DNA of 32,000 nucleotides. Origin: Trichodesmium erythraeum IMS101 (GTDB taxonomy: Bacteria > Cyanobacteriota > Cyanobacteriia > Cyanobacteriales > Microcoleaceae). This document shows, in pieces, positions 22,448 through 30,412 of this stretch. Below the pieces are notes generated by a model. That model ran no database searches. It saw nothing but the letters and a program-made list of their open reading frames with translations, and had not been told where the DNA came from. How positions within the stretch are numbered: the first letter of the stretch is position 1; every line of letters starts with the position of its first letter. The stretch is taken from positions 6,660,001 to 6,692,000 of the forward strand of contig NC_008312.1 in assembly GCF_000014265.1 (NCBI RefSeq). Direction: 5' to 3'. The position numbers and the translations under genes are program-made.

Positions 22448-23443
22448 TTAGCGTTTCTTTAACCAGCTAAACATAGCGCGTAAGTCTTTCCCAACTTCTT
22501 CAATAGAGTGTTCTGCTTCTTGGCGGCGCATGGCAGTAAATACAGGTTTACCGGTTTGGTTTTCCATGACAAATTCCCTGGCAAACTGACCAGATTGAAT
22601 TTCACTTAAAATTTTCTGCATCTGAGCGCGAGTTTCATCTGTAACGATGCGAGGCCCGCGAGTGTAGTCGCCAAACTCAGCAGTATTGGAGATACTGTCA
22701 CGCATATTAGCTAGACCACCTTCGACAACTAGATCGACTATAAGTTTAACTTCATGGAGACACTCAAAGTATGCTAGTTCTGGTTGATATCCAGCTTTTA
22801 CTAAGGTTTCAAATCCAGCTTTAATTAATGCACTGAGGCCACCACAGAGAACAACTTGTTCACCAAAGAGGTCTGTTTCAGTTTCTTCCCGGAAGGTAGT
22901 TTCTAGGATACCAGCGCGAGTACCACCAATACCTTTAGCATAAGCCATAGCGCGATCGCGTCCTTGACCAGAAGCATCTTGGAAAATGGCAAATAGACAG
23001 GGGACTCCTTCTCCTTGTTCATAAGTACGCCTGACTAAATGTCCAGGGCCTTTTGGTGCTACCATTACTACATCCACATTTTCTGGGGGAATAATTTGGC
23101 CAAAGTGAATATTGAAACCGTGGGCAAAAGCTAAAATTTTTCCTTCTTTGAGATGGGGTTCAATTTGATTTTTATAGACGGTTTTCTGCACTTCGTCTGG
23201 TAATAGAATCATGATTAGGTCTGCTTTTTCCGCAGCTTCATCTACTGGGTAAACATCTAGACCTGCGTCTTTGGCTTTGGTAGCAGATTTACTACCTGAA
23301 TAGAGGCCTACAATTACCTTTGAGCCACTATCTTTGAGATTAAGGGCGTGAGCATGACCTTGAGAACCATATCCAATGATAGCGATCGTTTTGTCATTTA
23401 AGATGTCCAGGTTAGCATCAGAGTCATAGTACATTCTGGCCAT
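22448..23443 (-). CDS. ilvC: Ketol-acid reductoisomerase (NADP+), class I
   Basis: 331 aa with [33 protein letters not shown] (Rossmann GxGxxG) and ..[17 protein letters not shown].., which are canonical IlvC motifs. Confidence 0.97.
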   Translation of the reverse strand: MARMYYDSDANLDILNDKTIAIIGYGSQGHAHALNLKDSGSKVIVGLYSGSKSATKAKDAGLDVYPVDEAAEKADLIMILLPDEVQKTVYKNQIEPHLKEGKILAFAHGFNIHFGQIIPPENVDVVMVAPKGPGHLVRRTYEQGEGVPCLFAIFQDASGQGRDRAMAYAKGIGGTRAGILETTFREETETDLFGEQVVLCGGLSALIKAGFETLVKAGYQPELAYFECLHEVKLIVDLVVEGGLANMRDSISNTAEFGDYTRGPRIVTDETRAQMQKILSEIQSGQFAREFVMENQTGKPVFTAMRRQEAEHSIEEVGKDLRAMFSWLKKR

Positions 23444-23810
23444 TATTTTTTTCTCCTATTAGCAACTGTTATCATATATGAGAGATTTTTATCATATCAA
23501 ATATAACTTTAAGCATTTAAATATCGACAATATAGCCAAGACTCTTGGCTGTAAAGGGAATAATCACTGGTATTTTTGTCCTCACACTTTTTTTGCTAGC
23601 ACCTTTCTTAAGTAAGAAGGAAGAAAAAATATTAATTATTTGTTACCTTAATTCAAGACTTTTACTATTAGCATGGCTCTAAATTTATATATCTGATTCC
23701 AGCCTTAATATTTTGTTGTTCAACAGTCTCTAAAATATCCTCACTCTATGAAAAATAAATATTTTATTTTTAGCCAAAATTAACCTTATAGCTAATACCT
23801 TTTTCAACCA

Positions 23811-24323
23811 TCAATATCCATTAGGATTGATAGTAGTATGATCGTATTCTGCCATTGATAAATCAACAATTCTTGCTCTAAATAAATTACACCATCCCAA
23901 TTTAGCATTATCTAACTTAGCTTTTTCTAGGTTAGTTCCTCTCAAATCTCCATACCTTAAATCTGTATCTCTTAAGTTTGCATGGTATAAGTTTGCACCT
24001 TGTAAATTAATTCCCCTCAAATTTGCACCTTGAAGATTAGCATGACGCAAATTAGCTCTTGATAGATGTCCCTGTTGAATATTAGTATTTGATAAGTTGG
24101 CTTTATAAAGTTGAATATCTCCCATTTTTACTTCTAGTAAATTACATCCTTGGAGGTTAGCTTGATTCAAATTTGCATAAGGAAGATAAGCTCTTGTTAA
24201 ATTACAACCTTCTAAATTAATTCCTTCTAAATTAGCTTCAAATAACTCTATATTACTTAAATCAATACCAGAAAATTCTCTTTGACCCTCTGCATATCTC
24301 CATAGTAATTCCTCTGCATTCAT
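23811..24323 (-). CDS. Pentapeptide-repeat protein
   Basis: Long run of A(D/N)LXX pentapeptides (ANLEGINLEGCNLTRAYLPYANLNQANLQGCNL...). The start MNAEELLWRYAEGQREFSGIDL at 24323 matches typical N-termini of this family. The ORF track extends to 24374. Confidence 0.85.
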   Translation of the reverse strand: MNAEELLWRYAEGQREFSGIDLSNIELFEANLEGINLEGCNLTRAYLPYANLNQANLQGCNLLEVKMGDIQLYKANLSNTNIQQGHLSRANLRHANLQGANLRGINLQGANLYHANLRDTDLRYGDLRGTNLEKAKLDNAKLGWCNLFRARIVDLSMAEYDHTTINPNGY

Positions 24324-24539
24324 ATTCTCTATCTTAATATTTTTAGAGCTAATCTCGATTCGGTTGATAATCATAATTTATTGAATAAATGATGATTATT
24401 TATGTATTGTATTTTTATAATAAGTTATACTAATATTGTTGGGCAAAAATTACTACTATCCTAATCCTTTTTTAAGATTTGTAAAATTTTCATTTTTGAT
24501 GTTCTCTTGACCCTGACTCTACTCTAGGAGAAAGTATGG

Positions 24540-25100
24540 TACTCGAAAATTATTGATAGGGGCTTTCTACTTCAATGTACCTGCTTTGAGAGACCTATTC
24601 TCCTCAAATATGCGATCGCTCCACAAACTGATACTGGGAGAGTCCCCCAACCAAAATATTAGTACTTAGGTATATATCGCAATGATAGTAAATACCAAAT
24701 TCTGGGCTATCTCACCCTCTGATACTTAAGGGTAATTTTGCTACTATGTAGCTATAATTAGAGTAAAACTTAGAACTGGAGAAATATCTGTCAATTTTGA
24801 TTAACTTATACCCCTAATTTTTTACTTTATATTCTAACTATCATTTTCTCTTGTAAGGGGATAGAGGTACTACTAAGCCTGAACCACAATCAATTAATTT
24901 TCTCTGATTATTTAAGTTTTCAGTTTATGGGCATCCTCAAGTATTAAATCTTTAATTTTTGCATGTATTGTTGCTAATTTGAGTCGTAGTTTATGATAAT
25001 TACTAGAGCTTTTTGTTTTTATGAATAGAGACTTTTGAACTAATCTTAAATTTTTGTTTAATACCAAACCTGATAAATGTTTGGTACAAATAGCTAGAAG
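24540..25100 (-). pseudogene. TnpB (IS200/IS605 OrfB, RNA-guided nuclease) relic
   Basis: Minus-strand fragments: ..KSSSNYHKLRLKLATIHAKIKDLILEDAHKL.. (the KN..K....LA..H.KI.N.R.D..HK block), ..ENLLIVVQA.. (the IVVEDL block) and ..IDRYFSSSKFYSNYSYIVAKLPLSIRG*DSPEFGIYYHCDIYT... The last fragment corresponds to IDR.FPSSK.CS.CG...L.LS.R.W.CPECG..HDRD with the Zn-finger cysteines lost. Multiple stops are present. Confidence 0.65.
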
Positions 25101-25741
25101 ATTTTTTTAGAATTAATAATTTTCAAGGTGAATGGCTATCATCCTGTACAGAAGTTATGAATAAATAGCTTTTACAGCAATAATAGTTCATAAATTATCT
25201 GATTTTTAAAAAATATATCTTGTCAAATGTTTTGATATTTATAGCCAAAATCAATTGAAATATATTCTTTTTTTACCCTCTTGTTTTAATTCTATATAAT
25301 TTTTATTATTAGCAAATACTGATAGTTAATAAACTAGTATTTTTCAAATAAATATACAGATAAAAAAATAAAAATTAAGCTCAAATAGTAATAATATATT
25401 ATATATTTAAATGAACTATTAGAGTATATTTATAAATATAAATTAATCAAAAAAAGACTTATTATTTTTCAATACAAACAACTAATACTACTAATATAAA
25501 TTGCTCAAAATTTTGCTAGCTGTAGATTAAGGTTGCACAACCTATTATTCTCCTTATTTCTCTTGTTCTGGAGTCGCACAAAACTTAAGTTTTTCAGTTC
25601 AATTAAGGATATAGAATACTTGCTTATTATTTTCTATACAGTTTAATATGTTATGTGTAAAACCACAATATTGCTTGCGATTTCTTGATGACGCTTCCTT
25701 GTAGGAAAGTAGTGGTCTACTCGCAACATTTAGATAAAAAG

Positions 25742-27259
25742 ATGGCAGAAGTTAAACAATCTATCGCTCAATATTATCATGAACAGACAAAATATGACCC
25801 AGAAACCATTGGGAGGAAAAATCACCAACTAGACTGGGAAAATCAACCAATACAATTTAAAGAGTATAAATTTGGGACAACTATTGACCTGAAACCTTAT
25901 CTACAAGAAAAAATTCAACAAAAAGATCCTAAAGAAGAAGAAAATCTATCCAACTTACTTGTATGTACTTATGGCTTAACCGGTAAGATACCAACAATGA
26001 TGGGGAATCATTACTTAAGGGCGGCTCCTTCTGCTGGTGGGTTGTACCCAGCAGAGGTTTACTTAATTTCCCGTGGCACACCCCTATTACCTACAGGATT
26101 ATATAACTATCAGGCCAAAACTCATTCCTTGCTCAAATTTTGGGACAATAGAGTCTGGCCAGAATTGCAGGATGCTTGTTTTTGGCATCCTGCTCTAGAA
26201 AATACAAAATTAGCGATCGCCATCACTGCCATATTCTATCGTTCTGCTTGGCGTTACGAAGATCGGGCTTATAGACGAATATTTTTAGATGCAGGTCACT
26301 TACTAGGTAACGTTGAACTAGCTTCTAGTTTCAGTAACTACCGATCACATCTAATTGGGGGGTTTAATGATGAAGCAATAAATCAAATGCTTTATTTAGA
26401 TAATCAGGAGGAACAGGCGATCGCCATTGTCGCCCTTGCAGACTTATTAGATATTGAACAACATCTGCCCCACTGGCAAGCTGCTTTACCTTCTGGGACT
26501 CAAACAGATTATCCGAAAATTCAAGAGGGTGACCTCTTAAAATATTTACATAAAGCTACTCATATTAACTCAAATTCTCCAAAAGTATCTGCTTGGAAAA
26601 CAAGAGCAACCCTAGAACATTCAGAAGATAAATATAACTTTCCATTTTGTACAAAAATTTCAACTGTAACTCCTCCCATTTCATGGGGTCAAGACTTACA
26701 AGGTCTCAGAAAGACAATTCTCAAACGACGTTCAACTCGCAGCTATTCGGGAGAAACTATTGCTTTGAATAAACTCTTGGCTGTCTTAGATTTTACTTAT
26801 CAACCCCACCATTACATTAATCAAGAATTAGATCGTAATCCTGATTATTTTGATATAAGTTTGATTGAGACTTTTATTGCAGTTTCTGGAGTAAATGACT
26901 TAGAAGATGGTTGTTATTATTATGCCCCAATAGCTCAAGAACTACGACAAATTAGGTTTAAAAATTTCCGAAAAGAATTACATTTTATGTGCTTAGGGCA
27001 AGACTTAGGTAGAGATGCTGCTGCTGTTTTATTTCATACTGCCGACTTAAAAAAAGCTGTAAGCAAATATGGCGATCGCGTTTACCGTTATCTCCATTCA
27101 GACGCAGGCCATCTAGGGCAAAGACTAAATTTAGCAGCTATTTATCTAGGTTTAGGTGTTAGTGGTATCGGCGGTTTCTTTGACGATCATGTGAACCAAG
27201 TTTTAGGTATTCCTGTAGATGAAGCAGTTATTTATATAACAACTTTAGGTTCTATTTAA
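25742..27259 (+). CDS. SagB-type dehydrogenase / tandem nitroreductase-fold protein
   Basis: The N-terminus YYHEQTKYDPETIGRKNHQLDWENQPIQFKEY plus RAAPSAGGLYP is the SagB-type signature. A second nitroreductase-like half has KRRSTRSY... and ..GIGGFFDD... The ATG at 25742 is preferred. The ORF track starts at TTG 25685. Confidence 0.85.
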   Translation: MAEVKQSIAQYYHEQTKYDPETIGRKNHQLDWENQPIQFKEYKFGTTIDLKPYLQEKIQQKDPKEEENLSNLLVCTYGLTGKIPTMMGNHYLRAAPSAGGLYPAEVYLISRGTPLLPTGLYNYQAKTHSLLKFWDNRVWPELQDACFWHPALENTKLAIAITAIFYRSAWRYEDRAYRRIFLDAGHLLGNVELASSFSNYRSHLIGGFNDEAINQMLYLDNQEEQAIAIVALADLLDIEQHLPHWQAALPSGTQTDYPKIQEGDLLKYLHKATHINSNSPKVSAWKTRATLEHSEDKYNFPFCTKISTVTPPISWGQDLQGLRKTILKRRSTRSYSGETIALNKLLAVLDFTYQPHHYINQELDRNPDYFDISLIETFIAVSGVNDLEDGCYYYAPIAQELRQIRFKNFRKELHFMCLGQDLGRDAAAVLFHTADLKKAVSKYGDRVYRYLHSDAGHLGQRLNLAAIYLGLGVSGIGGFFDDHVNQVLGIPVDEAVIYITTLGSI

Positions 27260-27390
27260 TAACAAGAATAACAGTTTTCATAGTTATGGCTGGCTAATTA
27301 ATTCTTAAAGCATTGACAGATAAAAGCTAGTACAAATTCTGGGGGGGGGTTGAGCAAGGGTAATAACCATTTTTAGGGCCTTGACATCTA

Positions 27391-27416
27391 GGGGAGCAAA
27401 AAAGCCCCCTTTCCAT
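27391..27416 (+). terminator. Possible terminator downstream of the SagB-type gene
   Basis: ggggagc-aaaaaa-gccccc (6 bp with one bulge) followed by tttccattt. It lies 130 nt after the stop codon. Confidence 0.4.
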
Positions 27417-27436
27417 TTAAAGAGAAAGCGATCGCT

Positions 27437-27465
27437 TTGTCAAAGTCAGGGAATCTGTATATAAT
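27437..27465 (+). promoter_or_regulatory. Near-consensus sigma70 promoter with no CDS downstream
   Basis: TTGTCA (27437-27442), a 17-nt spacer, then TATAAT (27460-27465). It reads into repeat copy 2, and no plus-strand ORF follows. Confidence 0.45.
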
Positions 27466-27610
27466 AGTATTGTCTGATATAGGAAAATTTAAAATGCTCA
27501 AAAGTTTACTCTATAATCTTTTCAGGATTTCAGTTCTCAAAAGCACGCCCTCCTGGACTTGTGTTAGATGTTAGCCATTTTTTCCCCTTAATTCCTAACA
27601 ATTTTAATAT
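27458..27610 (+). repeat. Dispersed ~150-bp repeat, copy 2 (paralog of 21516..21665)
   Basis: See copy 1. Conserved 5' and 3' blocks flank a dissimilar core of about 22-28 nt. A T6 run lies at 27578-27583. Confidence 0.6.
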
Positions 27611-27851
27611 CAAATTCCCTTAATTCGGTGAAAAAAATATTTTATCTTCAGCAAAGGTGCAAATCTTCTTAAACTCTCTTTTCTCGTATCTTCCTGAATC
27701 CTAATTTTTTAACATTTATAAATTTCCATCTACTCATTTGGCAATCATCTTTCCCTTTCTTTTTTGGAATACTTTTTTCCAACTAAACCAGTACTTACCC
27801 ACCTATATGAAATTATACCCAAATGTAGAGTTAAAAAGCTATTAACCCTTA

Positions 27852-28076
27852 CTATATATAGTAGTTATAGTTAAGTTCTATAAACCTGGTATTTTCCAAA
27901 GTGTAAGTAATATCATGCCCGGTTGAATATTTAAAGGTAGGATAATTATGGCATAAGGCTCTCTGGCTCTCGGCAGGAGGATAGAATTGGCGCTTGCCAC
28001 CAGAATTTTTTTTTGATGAGTAATTATCCGGACATGATATAACCAAAGGGAAAAAAGGATAAAGTTTTTTGATCAC
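27852..28076 (-). CDS. Hypothetical 74-codon ORF overlapping the stop of the kinase-WYL gene
   Basis: The GTG start overlaps the upstream TGA as GTGA (28073-28076), an arrangement typical of translational coupling. I recognise no homolog, and the composition is not obviously protein-like. Confidence 0.3.
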   Translation of the reverse strand: MIKKLYPFFPLVISCPDNYSSKKNSGGKRQFYPPAESQRALCHNYPTFKYSTGHDITYTLENTRFIELNYNYYI

Positions 28077-30226
28077 TGATCATAAACTTCAACAATACCT
28101 AACCCAATTTCATAAACACTATCGATTAATTCATCTGGTTTTTTTACTTTTACATGACCGCCAAACCCAATAACCCAACTTAAAAAACTCACATCTTCTA
28201 TACACCAACAAGGTAACTCTACTCGAAACCGATAAGGAAAATGTTTATTTTTTGTACCTTCCAAATCAAAAATTTTTTCATATTCCTTCTTCTGGATAAA
28301 ACTACTACCTTGAGGAGGAGGTGACATTTTCAATGTTCCTGATGGAAACAGTTTAGTTTTTTCACATACAAACTCAAATTTCTCCTGATTAAACCACAAC
28401 TCAACTGTTACTATTACCTCCTTTTTTTTCTTCTTGTCTTTACTTAAAAATTTACTTTGATCCTCAGCTTTATAACCTAAAAATATCCCAAAGCTGGCAT
28501 CTAAAAGTTTTTGTAACCGTTCTAATTTTGAGCGCTGTTTTTCTGGGCAAGACTTTCCTAAATCTTGACTAATACGTAAGCGATCTAAACGTTCAAACCT
28601 GAATAAGCCATTGAAAGTACCCCCCTCATATTCAAAACCTAAATACCAAGCATTATTAAAAAATACTATCTGTAATAACCGAACAGAAAACTTTCCTTCT
28701 TCACCTCCACTAAATTTTCCTTTGCCTTTTAACCGCTCTAACTCGACTAATTTTCCATGAATAATAAATTCTTCAATTTGATCAAGTTTCCGAGATAATA
28801 CATTCTCATCAACGAACTCTAAGTCGATCATTGATTTATGAGCGATCGCTCTAATTGGATAAGGTTTTTCAATGTTAATTTTAGAAGAAATCATCCGTTG
28901 ACAAAACTGGTCATAAGTAGATAAAGCCATCGGATCTTCTATACTTTTAACTTGCCCTTGTAATATATCCTGCAAACGTTTTAATTGCTCCTGGGACAAA
29001 ATTCCTGTCCCGGCAAAATAACCACGTCGCATGGGAAATTCTGGCAATATATGAAAGGGTTTGAGAATATATTCCACATCCTTGCGAAATTTGTCTCGAC
29101 AGTTGCCTCCTATTCCTGGTTGTTTGGATAATTCTTCTGCAAAAATGTCTAAACTTTTTTGATCGTCGTTTCTGAGAAATGGTCGGTTTAAGATCAAACG
29201 AATGGCGGTTATTAACCTTTTAAACGGAGCAATATCTGAATAAGGATGGGGAATGATGTCTTGCTCTGAATTGTTTTCACTTCTCGCTTTTATCTCCTTC
29301 CCTTTTTTTCTTTTAAGGGGAAGATCAGATGTTCCATTTTTCTTTTTCCCCCTTTTTGTCAGGGGTTGGGGGGATATTTCCTGACGTAATATTGCCGGAG
29401 TAACAGTTTGTCCTTCTGCTACGATGCCGTTTTTTTCTAACCAAGCTAAGTCAGTAGCGATCGCTTCTCTGTCTGCATAAACTTCTCCTTTTAATAAGGC
29501 TATAACTGCTACTATTTCTGCTAAAGCATCTGGAAATTCTGGTACTTCTTTAAATATAGCAATTAGTATATCGGGTTCTGTTTGTTCTAAATTGCCAAGG
29601 CCTGGATATTTAATGAATAGGGCAATTAAATGCATGAGGCGCTCGAAGTCTAGGAGTCGGGAATAGGAATGAAATTCTAGGCACGAGAGACGGTTTTGGC
29701 GGTTAACGCTGCTGCGGGTTAGGGAGTCAATTTTTTCCTGTATTGTTTTGGGGTTAAAGTTAGGTTTTTGAAGAGTATGTACTGCTGCAAAGCCTTCTGC
29801 TATTATGGGCTGAAAGTTTTTCAGGGATAGAAACATTTTTTTGACAGTAGTTTCTGGTACTTTACGAGTCCGTTGTTTATTCCATTTTAGGCAGGTAGGG
29901 AGAGAGGTTTTTAGATGCCATGCTATCCATGCACAGTTTTTTTGGGGTAGTTTCTTTAGTAAGGCTATGCGATAGGGGCGTATGGCATTGGTGGCATCGT
30001 AAATGATGGGGATACCTGCTTTGATGCTTTGGGTAATTTGCTTGAGTAAGGTGGCTTCTATTTCCCTCCATTCTCCTTGGATGGTTTCGTTGCCATAGAG
30101 TTTGGAGCGTATTGTGTCTGTAGAAATGATGGTATAATCTCCTAATGTTGACAGTTTGGTGGCAAAGGTTGATTTCCCTGATCCTGGGGGACCGATGAGG
30201 AAGTGACATATTAAAGGTTTGTTCAT
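28073..30226 (-). CDS. Fusion protein: PNK-like P-loop kinase (AAA_33-type), wHTH, Lys-rich linker, second wHTH-like region, WYL domain, WCX-like C-terminal domain
   Basis: Residue numbers are from the TTG at 30253. Walker A GPPGSGKST is aa 21-29 (nt 30167-30193). IIYDATN is at aa 83-89. The lid RTRKVPETTVKKM is at aa 128-140. A wHTH-like segment ..ADREAIATDLAWLEKNGIV ends at aa 278. The linker KRGKKKNGTSDLPLKRKKGKE is at aa 300-320. The WYL core ..FSVRLLQIVFFNNAWYLGFEYEGG..FRFERLDRL has WYL at nt 28640-28648. The C-terminus ..FRVELPCWCIEDVSFLSWVIGFGGHVKVKKPDELIDSV resembles a WCX domain. The ATG at 30226 (MNKPLICHFLIGPPGSGKS) is preferred, and the ORF track starts at TTG 30253. Confidence 0.85.
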   Translation of the reverse strand: MNKPLICHFLIGPPGSGKSTFATKLSTLGDYTIISTDTIRSKLYGNETIQGEWREIEATLLKQITQSIKAGIPIIYDATNAIRPYRIALLKKLPQKNCAWIAWHLKTSLPTCLKWNKQRTRKVPETTVKKMFLSLKNFQPIIAEGFAAVHTLQKPNFNPKTIQEKIDSLTRSSVNRQNRLSCLEFHSYSRLLDFERLMHLIALFIKYPGLGNLEQTEPDILIAIFKEVPEFPDALAEIVAVIALLKGEVYADREAIATDLAWLEKNGIVAEGQTVTPAILRQEISPQPLTKRGKKKNGTSDLPLKRKKGKEIKARSENNSEQDIIPHPYSDIAPFKRLITAIRLILNRPFLRNDDQKSLDIFAEELSKQPGIGGNCRDKFRKDVEYILKPFHILPEFPMRRGYFAGTGILSQEQLKRLQDILQGQVKSIEDPMALSTYDQFCQRMISSKINIEKPYPIRAIAHKSMIDLEFVDENVLSRKLDQIEEFIIHGKLVELERLKGKGKFSGGEEGKFSVRLLQIVFFNNAWYLGFEYEGGTFNGLFRFERLDRLRISQDLGKSCPEKQRSKLERLQKLLDASFGIFLGYKAEDQSKFLSKDKKKKKEVIVTVELWFNQEKFEFVCEKTKLFPSGTLKMSPPPQGSSFIQKKEYEKIFDLEGTKNKHFPYRFRVELPCWCIEDVSFLSWVIGFGGHVKVKKPDELIDSVYEIGLGIVEVYDQ

Positions 30227-30412
30227 TTGTGGTAGCGGTGTTAAAAATATCAAGTTTTACACTATTAAACTTTTGTTTGAAAGAGTCTGAAGACATAGAC
30301 TCACCCCTAATTTTTTCCCTTGAGGGAGACTTTGTTTGGAATGTCCTTAAAACATTTATACAATTAATACTCTTTTAGCCTGCTAATTATCAAGAAAAGC
30401 TATCGGCTAGTG

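Noticed and set aside
25742-27259. SagB-type gene as the core of a thiazole/oxazole RiPP cluster
   Set aside because: No YcaO/cyclodehydratase, precursor peptide, protease or transporter is detectable nearby, so I treat it as an orphan dehydrogenase.
27341-27349. G9 homopolymer as a possible phase-variation tract
   Set aside because: It lies in the intergenic region downstream of the SagB-type gene, not within a CDS or between -35 and -10 elements. There is no obvious switchable target.
29877-30296. 139-aa minus-strand ORF overlapping the 5' end of the kinase-WYL gene in another frame
   Set aside because: It overlaps the well-supported P-loop domain reading frame entirely and has an atypical S/H/R/P-rich composition, so it is a shadow ORF.
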